Below, piece by piece: positions 47,757 through 58,002 of a stretch of 64,000 nucleotides of DNA; the stretch's first letter is position 1, and every line of letters starts with the position of its first letter. Under the pieces are notes generated by a model. It saw nothing but the letters and a program-made list of their open reading frames with translations. It searched no databases and had not been told where the DNA came from. The translations under genes were made by a program, and so were the position numbers. This DNA comes from Minisyncoccota bacterium (lineage in GTDB: Bacteria; Patescibacteriota; Minisyncoccia; Phycocordibacterales; UBA9973): NCBI GenBank assembly GCA_041658325.1, contig JBBAAI010000001.1, forward strand, positions 154,869 to 218,868, given 5' to 3'.

Positions 47757-49907
47757 ATGGAACGAGATTATCCCCTAGAAAAAGTTAGGAATATTGGAAT
47801 TATTGCGCATATTGATGCAGGAAAGACGACCACGACGGAGCGTGTGCTTTTTTATACTGGAGTTTCACACAAAATAGGTGAAGTGCATGAGGGAGAAACA
47901 GTTACCGACTGGATGGAACAAGAACGAGAACGCGGGATTACCATTACTTCTGCGGCGGTTACTTGTTTTTGGACTCCGACTTATGCTGATCCGAAAGATA
48001 AAGCTAAAAAACACCGTTTTAATATTATCGATACACCTGGACACATTGATTTCACCGTAGAGGTGAAAAGATCTCTTCGTGTGCTAGACGGTGCCGTGGT
48101 TGTTTTCGACGGAGTCGCCGGAGTGGAACCACAATCCGAAACAAATTGGCGCTATGCTGACGAAGCGAAAGTGCCTCGTGTTTGTTTTATAAATAAATTA
48201 GATCGTACTGGTGCTTCTTTTGAGCATTCTTTTGCAACTATTTTAGACAGACTGACGAAAAAAGCGGTGCGTATGCAAATCCCTATTGGCCTTGAAGAAA
48301 AACATGAAGGAGTCGTGGATCTTCTTCGCATGAAAGCTTATTACTTTGAAGGAGAAATGGGCAATAAGGTTATTGAAAAAGAAATTCCAGAAAACATGAA
48401 AGCGGACGCAGAAAAATTTCATAGTGAACTTATTGAAAAAATTGTGGAGACGGATGATGCGATGATGGAGGAATATTTAGAAGGAGTTATTCCAAATATG
48501 GATGTATTAAAAAAGACTCTCCGCAAAGCTGTTATCAACAATGAAATCTTTCCAGTGTTTGCCGGTTCTGCTTTAAAAAATAAAGGTGTACAGCTCGTGC
48601 TTGACGCCGTCGTTGATTATTTACCAGCTCCGACAGACATTCCGCCTATCCCAGGCGTTAACCCAGATACTGAAGAACCGATGGTGAGACATGCGGATGA
48701 TAAAGAACCATTTGCCGCGTTGGCTTTCAAGGTGGCGACGGATCCGTTTGTCGGACAAATTATTTTCTTCCGCGTTTATTCCGGTAGTTTGCAGGCTGGT
48801 AGTTATGTTTATAATCCTCGTACTAGGAACAAAGAACGCATCGGCCGAATTCTCCGAATGCATGCGAATGATAGAGAAGAAGTGAAACAAGTTTTCGCTG
48901 GAGAAATAGCCGCCGCTGTCGGACTCAAAGATACTATTACTTCTGATACTATTTGTGATGAAAATAATCCTATTGAATTAAATCGCATTGTTTTCCCTGA
49001 ACCAGTTATTCAGCTTCGTATTGAACCGAAAACCAAAGCAGACCAAGAGAAAATGGGTATGGCCTTGAACCGTCTCGCGCAAGAAGATCCTACTTTTAAA
49101 GTTACTACTGATCAGGAAACAGGGGAGACGATCATCGCCGGCATGGGAGAACTTCATTTGGAAATTATTGTGGATCGTATGAAACGCGAATTTACTGTGG
49201 AGGCGAATGTCGGCAAGCCACAAGTAGCTTATCGAGAGACCATTACTGGTACTTCTGATGCAGAAGGAAAATACATCAAGCAGTCTGGCGGACGCGGTAA
49301 CTACGGACACGTGAAGATAAAAGTGAAACCAATGGAAATGCTTACTAAAGAAGAGTTGGAAGATTTGCCGAAAAACACTAAGCGTTCTGAAGGTTTTGAA
49401 TTTGTGAATAGTATTAAGGGGGGTGTCATTCCACAAGAATACATCGCGCCTTGTGAAAAAGGATTTAAAGAAGGACTCGATCGCGGAATCTTAGCCGGAT
49501 TTAAAATTGTAAATGTTTCTGTGGATCTTTGGGATGGAAGTTATCACGAAGTGGACTCCAACGAAATGGCTTTCAAAATTGCTGCTTCTATGGCTATTCA
49601 AGATGCTTGTCGTCGCGCAAACCCTGTCATTCTAGAACCGATGATGAAGGTGGAAGTTATTACCCCAGATAAATTTATGGGAGATGTTACCGGAAATCTT
49701 TCTTCTAAGCGAGGTCTTATCGAAGGAATGGAAGATCGCGGGATGAATAAAGTGATAAAAGCAATCGTGCCTCTTTCCGAAATGTTTGGTTACATGACCG
49801 GGCTCCGCTCCATGACCGAAGGCCGCGCTGGTTTCACAATGGAATTCTTCCGTTATGACATTGTGCCTCAAAACGTGGCTGAAACTATCATCGCTGCGAG
49901 AAAGTAA
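47757..49907 (+). CDS. fusA: elongation factor G
   Basis: G-domain [17 protein letters not shown]; 716 aa. Confidence 0.95.
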   Translation: MERDYPLEKVRNIGIIAHIDAGKTTTTERVLFYTGVSHKIGEVHEGETVTDWMEQERERGITITSAAVTCFWTPTYADPKDKAKKHRFNIIDTPGHIDFTVEVKRSLRVLDGAVVVFDGVAGVEPQSETNWRYADEAKVPRVCFINKLDRTGASFEHSFATILDRLTKKAVRMQIPIGLEEKHEGVVDLLRMKAYYFEGEMGNKVIEKEIPENMKADAEKFHSELIEKIVETDDAMMEEYLEGVIPNMDVLKKTLRKAVINNEIFPVFAGSALKNKGVQLVLDAVVDYLPAPTDIPPIPGVNPDTEEPMVRHADDKEPFAALAFKVATDPFVGQIIFFRVYSGSLQAGSYVYNPRTRNKERIGRILRMHANDREEVKQVFAGEIAAAVGLKDTITSDTICDENNPIELNRIVFPEPVIQLRIEPKTKADQEKMGMALNRLAQEDPTFKVTTDQETGETIIAGMGELHLEIIVDRMKREFTVEANVGKPQVAYRETITGTSDAEGKYIKQSGGRGNYGHVKIKVKPMEMLTKEELEDLPKNTKRSEGFEFVNSIKGGVIPQEYIAPCEKGFKEGLDRGILAGFKIVNVSVDLWDGSYHEVDSNEMAFKIAASMAIQDACRRANPVILEPMMKVEVITPDKFMGDVTGNLSSKRGLIEGMEDRGMNKVIKAIVPLSEMFGYMTGLRSMTEGRAGFTMEFFRYDIVPQNVAETIIAARK

Positions 49908-49927
49908 AAATATGTTATTATGTTTTT

Positions 49928-50341
49928 ATGGGTGAATTTTCTCCAAAAACAAGCAATCCTGAAAGAAATGAAAAACTTTCAAAAAGAATATTATTTGCTG
50001 ATGATGAAAAAAGTATTTTATTTGGGTTGGGTATGCTTTTAGAGGGCGAGGGCTATACTGTTGATACGGCAGAAAATGGACAATTACTTTTAGATAAATT
50101 GGAAAAAGAAAATTATGATCTTGTTGTTACTGATAATAACATGCCTATACTTGATGGCATTGAAGCACTTAAACGGATTCGTGGTGACGCACGTTTTAAA
50201 AACTTACCGGTAATTGTTAATTCAGGAGATGATGTTGGAGAAACTGTCAAAAGCCTAGGAGGAGTCTTTTCTTCGAAAGGTAATTCTTTTAACATTCTAC
50301 TTAAAAAGATTAAAGATCTTCTTTCAGATTCTGGGGAATAA
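49928..50341 (+). CDS. stand-alone response-regulator receiver (CheY-like) domain protein
   Basis: ILFADDEKSI...LVVTDNNMPILDGIEALKRIR with conserved Asp pocket and Lys; no output domain. Confidence 0.7.
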   Translation: MGEFSPKTSNPERNEKLSKRILFADDEKSILFGLGMLLEGEGYTVDTAENGQLLLDKLEKENYDLVVTDNNMPILDGIEALKRIRGDARFKNLPVIVNSGDDVGETVKSLGGVFSSKGNSFNILLKKIKDLLSDSGE

Positions 50342-50498
50342 GATTGTTTGACAACGTTTTATAATCTGCTATTATCTAAACAACTGCACTTTCTGCAGTT
50401 TTTATATTGTTTTTTTATTATTAATAGCTAATTTATTAGTAATTAAGCCTTAGCAACTGGTTCTCGTATGCTGAGTTTTGATTATTAAAAACAAAAAT

Positions 50499-51692
50499 AT
50501 GGCAGAAGAATTTAAGAGAGACAAGCCGCACATCAATGTCGGCACTATCGGTCACGTTGACCATGGAAAGACCACTTTAACCGCTGCAATCTTGCACGTG
50601 TTAAACATGGCAGGAAAGACTGTTCGTCTACGCGGAGTTGATCAAATCGATAACGCTCCAGAAGAAAAAGCTCGTGGAATCACCATTAACATTTCTCACA
50701 ACGAGTATGCTACCGATGCACGTCACTATGCGCACATCGATGCTCCAGGACACGCTGACTACATCAAAAACATGATTACCGGTGCCGCTCAAATGGACGG
50801 TGCTATTTTGGTGGTTGCGGCTACTGACGGTGCTATGCCTCAAACTCGTGAGCACGTTTTGCTTGCAAAACAAGTTGGTGTGCCAAAAATGATTGTTTTC
50901 TTAAACAAGTGCGACATGGTTGATGACAAAGACATGATCGATATGGTGGAAGAAGAAATCCGTGAACTTCTAACCAAGCAAGGTTTTGATGGCGCAAATG
51001 CTCCAGTTATTCGTGGTTCTGCTCTCAAGGCTCTTGAAGCAAAATCTCTTGATGATGAATGGGCAAAGAAAATCCTTGAATTGACCAATGCTCTTGATAC
51101 TTATATCCCTGTTCCTGAACGTGATGTTACCAAGCCTTTCCTTATGCCAGTAGAAGACATTTTCTCTATTGAAGGACGAGGTACAGTAGTTACCGGTAAA
51201 ATCGAAAGAGGAGTAGTAAAAGTTGGAGAAGAAGTGGAAATTATTGGAATCAAGCCTACTCAAAAAACAACTGTTACCGGTATTGAAATGTTCAACAAAA
51301 ATCTTCAAGAAGGTATGGCTGGCGACAACGCTGGTATTCTTCTCCGAGGTTTAAAGAAAGAAGACATTACTCGCGGACAAGTTCTTGCTAAACCAGGAAC
51401 AGTTACTCCGCACGATAACTTTACTTGTGAAATTTACGTTTTGAAAAAAGAAGAAGGTGGACGTCACACTCCATTCTTCAAGGGTTACAAACCTCAGTTC
51501 TACATTCGTACCACGGACGTAACTGGAGATGTGACACTTGCAGAAGGCACAGAAATGGTTATGCCTGGTGATACAGTTAAAATTACAGTTAAATTAGTTA
51601 CTCCAGTTGCACTGGAAGAATCACAAAGATTTGCAGTTCGAGAAGGAGGAAAGACAGTCGGCGCAGGGGTGGTTACTAAAATTCTTGGTTAA
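50499..51692 (+). CDS. tuf: elongation factor Tu
   Basis: [22 protein letters not shown] motifs. Start taken at [11 protein letters not shown]. Confidence 0.95.
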   Translation: MAEEFKRDKPHINVGTIGHVDHGKTTLTAAILHVLNMAGKTVRLRGVDQIDNAPEEKARGITINISHNEYATDARHYAHIDAPGHADYIKNMITGAAQMDGAILVVAATDGAMPQTREHVLLAKQVGVPKMIVFLNKCDMVDDKDMIDMVEEEIRELLTKQGFDGANAPVIRGSALKALEAKSLDDEWAKKILELTNALDTYIPVPERDVTKPFLMPVEDIFSIEGRGTVVTGKIERGVVKVGEEVEIIGIKPTQKTTVTGIEMFNKNLQEGMAGDNAGILLRGLKKEDITRGQVLAKPGTVTPHDNFTCEIYVLKKEEGGRHTPFFKGYKPQFYIRTTDVTGDVTLAEGTEMVMPGDTVKITVKLVTPVALEESQRFAVREGGKTVGAGVVTKILG

Positions 51693-51723
51693 AAGTTTGT
51701 GGAAAAAAGTTCCTTAAAAAATC

Positions 51724-52134
51724 ATGACAACAACAGAAACAAAAATAAAAAAACCTAAAGCTCCAGTAAAACCTAAAGCTGGGGTATCAAAAGCCAAAAC
51801 TTCTTCTAAAACAGAAAAAGTTGACGGTAAGGTGATACTTCGTATTCGAGTTCGCGCTTACGAGAGCAAAATCTTAGATGCGTCTATTAAACAAATTATG
51901 GATACTGCTGTGCGTTATGATGCTGTGATTGTAGGACCTGTTCCACTGCCAATCGAAATAAAGAAATATACAGTTAATCGTTCTCCTTTTATTTACAAAA
52001 ACACACGAGAACAATTTGAAATAAGAGTGCATAAACGATTGATTGATATTATAAATCCAAACGCAAAGACCGTTGAGGCTCTGACGAATCTTTCGCTTCC
52101 CTCGGGAGTCGACATTGATGTCAAAATGATGTAA
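51724..52134 (+). CDS. rpsJ: 30S ribosomal protein S10 with Lys/Pro-rich N-terminal extension
   Basis: Core ILRIRVRAYESKILD...; about 35-aa basic extension. Confidence 0.9.
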   Translation: MTTTETKIKKPKAPVKPKAGVSKAKTSSKTEKVDGKVILRIRVRAYESKILDASIKQIMDTAVRYDAVIVGPVPLPIEIKKYTVNRSPFIYKNTREQFEIRVHKRLIDIINPNAKTVEALTNLSLPSGVDIDVKMM

Positions 52135-52158
52135 TTACGAGCTTAACGTCACAAAATT

Positions 52159-52773
52159 ATGAAATTTATTCTGGGAACAAAAGAAAATATGGCGGAGTAC
52201 TTTTCCGAAGACGGAACTGTTTTTCCAGTTACGATAGTTTCTGCGCCATCATCAATTGTGACAAGAATTTTTGAAAAATCCAAAGATGGCTATGATTCTG
52301 TTCAAGTTGGTTTCGGCACACAAAAAAAAGAAAGAGTCACAAAGGGAAGAGCCGGAGCGATGAAGGGTGCTTTTTACAAAACCCTCAAAGAATTCAGGCT
52401 AAAACCCACCGATAAAACTGAAGTGAAAGAAGGAGACGTTATTGATGTTGGCACTTTTTCTGCTGGCGATAAGATAATAGTATCTAGTATTTCTAAAGGT
52501 AAAGGCTTTCAAGGAGTTGTAAAACGTCATGGTTTTCATGGTGGTCCACGTACACACGGTCAAAAACACTCAGAACGAGAACCTGGGAGTATCGGAGGTG
52601 GACTTCGAACACATGTTCCAAAAGGGATGAGAATGGCAGGTCGCATGGGCTCTGAACGTATTACTCAGAAAAATTTACAAATTGTTTTCGTAGATAAAGA
52701 AAATAGTTTGTTGCTTGTGAAGGGTGCCATCGCTGGACGAAAAGGAAGTTTAGTCGAAATAGTACAGAGATAA
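52159..52773 (+). CDS. rplC: 50S ribosomal protein L3
   Basis: S10-operon order; FQGVVKRHGFHGGPRTHG motif. Confidence 0.9.
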   Translation: MKFILGTKENMAEYFSEDGTVFPVTIVSAPSSIVTRIFEKSKDGYDSVQVGFGTQKKERVTKGRAGAMKGAFYKTLKEFRLKPTDKTEVKEGDVIDVGTFSAGDKIIVSSISKGKGFQGVVKRHGFHGGPRTHGQKHSEREPGSIGGGLRTHVPKGMRMAGRMGSERITQKNLQIVFVDKENSLLLVKGAIAGRKGSLVEIVQR

Positions 52774-52778
52774 TTTAT

Positions 52779-53438
52779 ATGGAAGCAAAAATATACAACC
52801 AAAAAGGAGTCGAAGCAGGGAAAATAAATCTTCCAGCAAAAGTTTTCGCCGCTAAGTGGCGAGCAGATTTGGTGCACCAAGTAGTAGAAGGAATGCGTAG
52901 CAATAAACGCGCTGGCACGGCTGATACTAAAGACCGTGGAGAGGTGAGTGGTGGAGGCAGGAAGCCGTGGAAACAAAAAGGAACGGGGCGTGCGCGACAC
53001 GGTTCTACACGATCACCTATTTGGGTTGGCGGAGGAGTTACTCATGGTCCTTTAGCAGAGAAAAATTACAAAAGAAAGGTATCAAAGAAGATGCGTGCTC
53101 AAGCTCTCTTTTCTGTACTTTCTAGAAAAATGAAAGACGGCGAAATTATTTTTATTGATACTCTCGCTTTGTCTGAGATGAAAACAAAGAAAGCTCTCGA
53201 TGTTATGAAGAATATTGCTAAAGCTTCCGGATTGAAACCATTTGCTGGATCAAAGAAAGCTAGAGTTTTGACAGCTTTATTTGGACGCAATGAAAAAGCA
53301 GAAAAGAGTTTTAGAAATTTACCTCAATTAGAAATTATTTTTCTTAAAAATCTTAATCCGATGGACGCCCTTAATCATCAATATATTTTAATAGAAAATC
53401 CCGAGGAGGCAGTTAAATTTTTAGAGGCTAGGGGTTAA
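52779..53438 (+). CDS. rplD: 50S ribosomal protein L4
   Basis: Order and KPWKQKGTGRARHGS motif. Confidence 0.9.
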   Translation: MEAKIYNQKGVEAGKINLPAKVFAAKWRADLVHQVVEGMRSNKRAGTADTKDRGEVSGGGRKPWKQKGTGRARHGSTRSPIWVGGGVTHGPLAEKNYKRKVSKKMRAQALFSVLSRKMKDGEIIFIDTLALSEMKTKKALDVMKNIAKASGLKPFAGSKKARVLTALFGRNEKAEKSFRNLPQLEIIFLKNLNPMDALNHQYILIENPEEAVKFLEARG

Positions 53439-53452
53439 TTTGAGTTAAATTT

Positions 53453-53722
53453 ATGACAACAATTATTAAAAATCCAAGAATTACTGAAAAAGCATCTTTT
53501 GGCGCAGAACAGAATGTTTATACTTTTGACATTACTTCTTCTGCCAACAAAACAGAAATAAAGAAGGCCATTTTTTCCCTTTATAAAGTAAAACCCCTCA
53601 AGGTAAATGTTCTGAATATTCCAAGAAAAAAGATTATGTCTAAAGGCAAGGCTGGAGTAAGAGGAGGTGGAAGAAAAGCGTTTGTTTATTTGAAAAAGGG
53701 AGATAAGATAGAGTTTGTGTAA
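53453..53722 (+). CDS. rplW: 50S ribosomal protein L23
   Basis: 89 aa; order. Confidence 0.85.
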   Translation: MTTIIKNPRITEKASFGAEQNVYTFDITSSANKTEIKKAIFSLYKVKPLKVNVLNIPRKKIMSKGKAGVRGGGRKAFVYLKKGDKIEFV

Positions 53723-53730
53723 TTTTTAAT

Positions 53731-54570
53731 ATGAAAACATATAAACCAACAAGTAAATCAAGAAGACAAATGACTAACGTAAGTTATCGGGGAGTTCTAA
53801 CGACCTCTACTCCTTTGAAGTCTCTTACTTACGGATTTAGGCGTGCAGTCGGAAGAAATAGTGCTGGACGCATTACGATGAGACACAAGGGTAGCGGGCA
53901 CAAACGTCTCTATCGTCTAGTTGATTTTTTATATGACAAAAAAGAGATTCCAGCCAAAATAAAATCTGTTGAATACGACCCAAATCGTTCAGCATTTATT
54001 GGGCTTGCTGTTTATAAAGATGGAGAAAAAAGATATGTAGTGTTGCCAAAGTCTGTAAAACCCGGAGATTCTTTTATCGTATCTGCGAAAGCCCCACTTG
54101 CTCCCCTCAATAGATTGCCTCTCAAAAATATCCCAGTTGGAACTTTTGTTTATAATATTGAAATCAAGCCGGCTGGTGGAGCAAAGATTGGCCGTTCGGC
54201 TGGAATTTTCGCCCAAGTAGTCGCTAATGCTGATGGATATACTAATTTGAAAATGCCTTCAACGGAAGTCAGAAAAATAAATGAGAATTGTTGGGCTTGT
54301 GTTGGAACTGTTTCCAATGAAGAACATCACTTAGAAAATTATGGTAAAGCTGGACGCAGTCGCTGGAAAGGAATACGTCCAACTGTTCGTGGTACGGCGA
54401 TGAATCCTGTTGACCATCCGTACGGAGGAGGAGAAGGCAGACAAGGGCGCGGAACCAAACGTCCAAAAACTATGTGGGGTAAAGTTACTGGTGGACGCAA
54501 GACTCGTGGTCCAAAGAAATACTCCAACGTCTTTATTGTTTCTCGACGAAAGACAGGAAAGAATAAATAA
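53731..54570 (+). CDS. rplB: 50S ribosomal protein L2
   Basis: GTAMNPVDHPYGGGEG signature. Confidence 0.95.
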   Translation: MKTYKPTSKSRRQMTNVSYRGVLTTSTPLKSLTYGFRRAVGRNSAGRITMRHKGSGHKRLYRLVDFLYDKKEIPAKIKSVEYDPNRSAFIGLAVYKDGEKRYVVLPKSVKPGDSFIVSAKAPLAPLNRLPLKNIPVGTFVYNIEIKPAGGAKIGRSAGIFAQVVANADGYTNLKMPSTEVRKINENCWACVGTVSNEEHHLENYGKAGRSRWKGIRPTVRGTAMNPVDHPYGGGEGRQGRGTKRPKTMWGKVTGGRKTRGPKKYSNVFIVSRRKTGKNK

Positions 54571-54582
54571 AAATTAACTAAA

Positions 54583-54620
54583 AGAATCCCCGATAAGGGG
54601 ATTTTTAGTTGCTTTTTATT
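54583..54620 (+). terminator. intrinsic terminator after rplB (unusual mid-operon)
   Basis: aatcccc gata aggggatt hairpin + tttagttgctttttatt. Confidence 0.6.
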
Positions 54621-54663
54621 TTGAAAGTGTTATAATACTCTCTATCTATCTGAGGAGGTGTCA

Positions 54664-54837
54664 ATGTCGAAGAAGGTTCCGGCAAAGAGGAGAAGGTACA
54701 AGAGAAACCTGGAAAAGAAACAGCGCGAGGAGAAACTTGCGCGACAACAGGCTAAGGGGAGAGGGGTGCCGGCCGGTACTTTCCAAGATATTCAACCCGC
54801 TCTGAACAAGAGATTTAATGGGCGGGCACAAAGTTAG
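54664..54837 (+). CDS. small highly basic protein (57 aa), GC-rich, strong Shine-Dalgarno; inserted between rplB and rpsS
   Basis: gaggaggtg 5 nt upstream of ATG; MSKKVPAKRRRYKRNLEKKQREEKLARQQAKGRG...; below the 60-aa ORF-track cutoff so read directly from sequence. Confidence 0.5.
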   Translation: MSKKVPAKRRRYKRNLEKKQREEKLARQQAKGRGVPAGTFQDIQPALNKRFNGRAQS

Positions 54838-54852
54838 CTCTGTTTGGATCAC

Positions 54853-54899
54853 GGGCGTGTTGCGGGTTTGATTCCCCGGCACGCCCTTTGTTTTTATTT
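54853..54899 (+). terminator. intrinsic terminator after small basic ORF
   Basis: gggcgtg...cacgccc stem enclosing a nested cggg/cccg hairpin, then tttgtttttattt. Confidence 0.6.
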
Positions 54900-54971
54900 A
54901 AAAATTGACATTTTATTTGAATTTGCTATTATGAAACCAAGCTCGTTAGGAGCTTTTTGTTTGCTTAAATT

Positions 54972-55319
54972 ATGACTAGATCAATCAAAAAAGGATTAAA
55001 TGTTGACGAGAGGCTCTTAAAAAAGATTGCTGGCAAAAACCCGCTTCAGACTCCGATGATTAAGACCTGGAAAAGAGCCTGTGTTATTTCTCCAGAAATG
55101 CTGGGTTTTACTTTTGGTGTTTATAACGGCAAAACGCATTTAGAAGTTCTAGTTACGGAAGACATGGTGGGGCACAGATTAGGAGAATTTTCTCCAACCA
55201 AAAAATTCATGAAACACGGAGGAAAAATGCAGAAAGAACTTGAACAAAAGAAAAAAGAGGCCGAGATAACTCAAGCTAAATCAGCTACTGCTGCTGCAGT
55301 GGATGCTAAAAAGAAATAA
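54972..55319 (+). CDS. rpsS: 30S ribosomal protein S19 with C-terminal Lys/Ala-rich extension
   Basis: MTRSIKKG...GHRLGEFSPTKKF core. Confidence 0.9.
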   Translation: MTRSIKKGLNVDERLLKKIAGKNPLQTPMIKTWKRACVISPEMLGFTFGVYNGKTHLEVLVTEDMVGHRLGEFSPTKKFMKHGGKMQKELEQKKKEAEITQAKSATAAAVDAKKK

Positions 55320-55347
55320 TTATTCAGCAAACTTATAATAAATTAAC

Positions 55348-55728
55348 ATGAAAGCTTTTTTAAAAAATTACAGACAATCCCCGAGGAAAGTTCGTTTAGT
55401 TGCTGGATTGATTAAGGGTAAAAACGTATCAGAGGCAATCGCTGAGTTAAATTTTTTAGCAAAACGTGCTGGGCTTCCGATCAAAAAACTTTTACTTTCT
55501 GCTGTTGCAAATGCAAAACAAATGGGTATTGAAGTAGATAATTTATTTATAAAAGAATTGCGAGTTGATAAAGGTATCGTAATGAAAAGAATGATGCCCG
55601 CAGCGATGGGTACAGGACACAGGATAAACAAGCGTACAAGTCACTTAAATCTTCTTTTAGCAGAAAAAGTTATAAAAAAACCAGCAAAAACGAAAGAAAT
55701 AAAAGCTAAGAAAGCAGTAAAAAAATAA
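55348..55728 (+). CDS. rplV: 50S ribosomal protein L22
   Basis: order; 126 aa. Confidence 0.9.
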   Translation: MKAFLKNYRQSPRKVRLVAGLIKGKNVSEAIAELNFLAKRAGLPIKKLLLSAVANAKQMGIEVDNLFIKELRVDKGIVMKRMMPAAMGTGHRINKRTSHLNLLLAEKVIKKPAKTKEIKAKKAVKK

Positions 55729-55729
55729 T

Positions 55730-56452
55730 ATGTCAAAAATAGTTCACCCATATGCACATAGATTGATTATATTAAGAGACTGGAAGTCTCGTTGGTTTGC
55801 TGATCCAAAAAAATATTTAATTTATCTAAAAGGAGATGTCTTACTTCGCCAGTTCTTGGAAAAGAAATTGCGTGGAATGTATATTTCTAGTATTGAAATT
55901 GAAAGAAGCAGGAAAGCTACTCGTTTTATAATTAAAACTTCTCGTCCTGGTCTTATTATTGGTAGAAGTGGAGAAGGAGCGACAAAACTCAAAGAAGAAA
56001 TTTTAAAGAAAATGGATAAATTAAAACTTCCAAGACCGGAAGATTTCAAACTTGAAATTATGGAAGTTTCAAATCCAGAAGCGGATGCGGCTATCGTGGC
56101 TTATATGATTGCTGAAGGATTAGAAAAGAGAATGCCTTATCGTAGAGTAATCAAACAAATTATTGAAAAAGTTATGCAAGCTCACGGAGTAGAGGGAGCG
56201 AGAGTGGTATTGTCAGGTCGTTTAGGAGGAGCTGAAATTGCTCGTACGGAAGAGCTTAAGCGTGGAAGTATTCCGCTTCAGACTTTCCGCGCGGACATAG
56301 ATTTCAAGCGAGAGCGAGCGACATTGTCTTATGGTGTTGTTGGTATTAAAGTTTGGATTTATCGGGGTAAAATTTTCTCTGAAAAGAAAGCTCGCACCGC
56401 TTTTTCTACAGCGCCAGTTAATGAAAAAGATAATAAATTAAAAACTGATTAA
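55730..56452 (+). CDS. rpsC: 30S ribosomal protein S3
   Basis: KH domain and GRLGGAEIAR motif. Confidence 0.95.
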   Translation: MSKIVHPYAHRLIILRDWKSRWFADPKKYLIYLKGDVLLRQFLEKKLRGMYISSIEIERSRKATRFIIKTSRPGLIIGRSGEGATKLKEEILKKMDKLKLPRPEDFKLEIMEVSNPEADAAIVAYMIAEGLEKRMPYRRVIKQIIEKVMQAHGVEGARVVLSGRLGGAEIARTEELKRGSIPLQTFRADIDFKRERATLSYGVVGIKVWIYRGKIFSEKKARTAFSTAPVNEKDNKLKTD

Positions 56453-56457
56453 ATATT

Positions 56458-56883
56458 ATGTTAGTACCCAAAAAAGTAAAATTTAGAAAATGGCAGACAG
56501 GACGTTCTAATCCAAAATCACGATCAGCTGATACTCGTGGTGTTAAACTTGCTTTTGGTTCTTATGGTTTAAAGTCTGAAACTCAAGCGAGAGTGAAATC
56601 AAACCAAATCGAATCTGCTCGAAAAGTTATTTCTCGTACCCTAACTAAAACTGGTAAATATTGGGTTCGTATTTTCCCAGATCGTCCGTATACAGCTAAA
56701 GCTGCGGAAGTGGGCATGGGAAAAGGAAAAGGAGACCCACAGGGATATTGTTTTGATGTTCTTCCTGGACGTATTATTTTTGAAGTAGATGGCGCAGATA
56801 AAAAAACTTCTCATGAAGCGCTTCGAAAAGCTGGGTCTAAGTTACCGATTAAAACCAGAATTGTCGGCAGAGTAAATGAATAA
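56458..56883 (+). CDS. rplP: 50S ribosomal protein L16
   Basis: MLVPKKVKFRK start. Confidence 0.95.
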   Translation: MLVPKKVKFRKWQTGRSNPKSRSADTRGVKLAFGSYGLKSETQARVKSNQIESARKVISRTLTKTGKYWVRIFPDRPYTAKAAEVGMGKGKGDPQGYCFDVLPGRIIFEVDGADKKTSHEALRKAGSKLPIKTRIVGRVNE

Positions 56884-56892
56884 TATTATTTT

Positions 56893-57105
56893 ATGGCAAA
56901 GACAAAGAAAAACTCAAGAGGAAATTTTAAAGAAATGACAGAAGCAGAGCTAAAAAAAGAGCTTGTTACTTTGCGAGATGGTTTACGAGTTATTCATTTT
57001 AAGTCTGAGGGCTCAAGATCAAAAAACGTCAAAGAATCTGCGACTTTAAAGAGACAAATAGCTAGAATGTTGACAGAAATGAATAAAAATAATAAAAAGC
57101 AATAA
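56893..57105 (+). CDS. rpmC: 50S ribosomal protein L29
   Basis: 70 aa helical; order. Confidence 0.85.
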   Translation: MAKTKKNSRGNFKEMTEAELKKELVTLRDGLRVIHFKSEGSRSKNVKESATLKRQIARMLTEMNKNNKKQ

Positions 57106-57108
57106 TAT

Positions 57109-57369
57109 ATGACAAAAAAGATACAAGAAAAGAATACTGAAAACAAAGGAAAATTCTTAAAAGGAGTGGTTGTTTCCGACAAAATGGACAAGACCGTTGT
57201 TGTGTCAGTTTCTCGATTTGTGAAGCATCCTTTGTATGGAAAGTTTTACAAAATTAGCAAGAAATACAAAGCTCACGATGAAGCTAATAAATATAAGATA
57301 GGAGATAAGGTAGAAATAGTGGAAACCAGACCGATTTCCAAAGATAAAAAGTTTAAAGTCGTGCAGTAA
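57109..57369 (+). CDS. rpsQ: 30S ribosomal protein S17
   Basis: [14 protein letters not shown] motif. Confidence 0.9.
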   Translation: MTKKIQEKNTENKGKFLKGVVVSDKMDKTVVVSVSRFVKHPLYGKFYKISKKYKAHDEANKYKIGDKVEIVETRPISKDKKFKVVQ

Positions 57370-57384
57370 TTTTAATTAAATTTT

Positions 57385-57756
57385 ATGATTCAAAACGAAA
57401 CCTTAGTAAATATAACAGACAATGCCGGAGGCACCGTAGGAAAGGTGTTCAAGATTTTAGGCTCTTCCAAAAAGAGATATGCTACTTTGGGAGAATTGGT
57501 TATTATTTCAGTTAAAATAGCTTCTCCCCGCAAGGCCGTAAAGAAGAAAGATGTGCATCAGGCTGTCGTTGTACGCACTCGTGGTGCTTATAGAAGAAAA
57601 GACGGTTCATATATTCGTTTTGATGATAACGCGGTAGTTATTTTAGAAAAAGGGAAAAAAGATCCAAAAGCAGGCCGTATTTTTGGACCTATTCCAAGAG
57701 AATTGGCAGAGAAAGGATTTCAGAAAATAATTTCCTTGGCGCAAGAAGTTATATAG
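57385..57756 (+). CDS. rplN: 50S ribosomal protein L14
   Basis: MIQNETLVNITDNAGG typical. Confidence 0.95.
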   Translation: MIQNETLVNITDNAGGTVGKVFKILGSSKKRYATLGELVIISVKIASPRKAVKKKDVHQAVVVRTRGAYRRKDGSYIRFDDNAVVILEKGKKDPKAGRIFGPIPRELAEKGFQKIISLAQEVI

Positions 57757-57773
57757 TATTTTAAATAAAACAT

Positions 57774-57992
57774 ATGAAATTAAAAAAAGGAGACAATGTA
57801 AAAATAATCACCGGTAAAGACAAAGGAAAGTCTGGTAAAATTGTGCGAGCTTTGCCTAAAGAAAACAAAGTGATTGTTGAAGGTTTGAATATGATGAAAA
57901 AACATCAACGTCCTAGAAAGTCTGGGGAAAAAGGCACAATGGTAAATATTGCTATGCCTATCCACATTTCTAATGTTAAAAAAGCAGATTAA
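57774..57992 (+). CDS. rplX: 50S ribosomal protein L24 (short KOW form)
   Basis: MKLKKGDNVKIITGKDKGKSGKI KOW motif. Confidence 0.85.
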   Translation: MKLKKGDNVKIITGKDKGKSGKIVRALPKENKVIVEGLNMMKKHQRPRKSGEKGTMVNIAMPIHISNVKKAD

Positions 57993-58002
57993 ATAAAAAA
58001 TT

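Noticed and set aside
48621-49436. Several 60-150-aa ORFs antisense within fusA, tuf and other large conserved genes
   Set aside because: They lie entirely inside highly conserved coding regions on the opposite strand with no independent signals. Standard shadow ORFs.
54661-54882. 73-aa minus-strand ORF in the rplB-rpsS spacer
   Set aside because: It is antisense to the small basic ORF, which has a strong SD and terminator. The minus ORF has no RBS and a Pro/Leu-rich nonsense-like composition. I favour the plus-strand 57-codon ORF.
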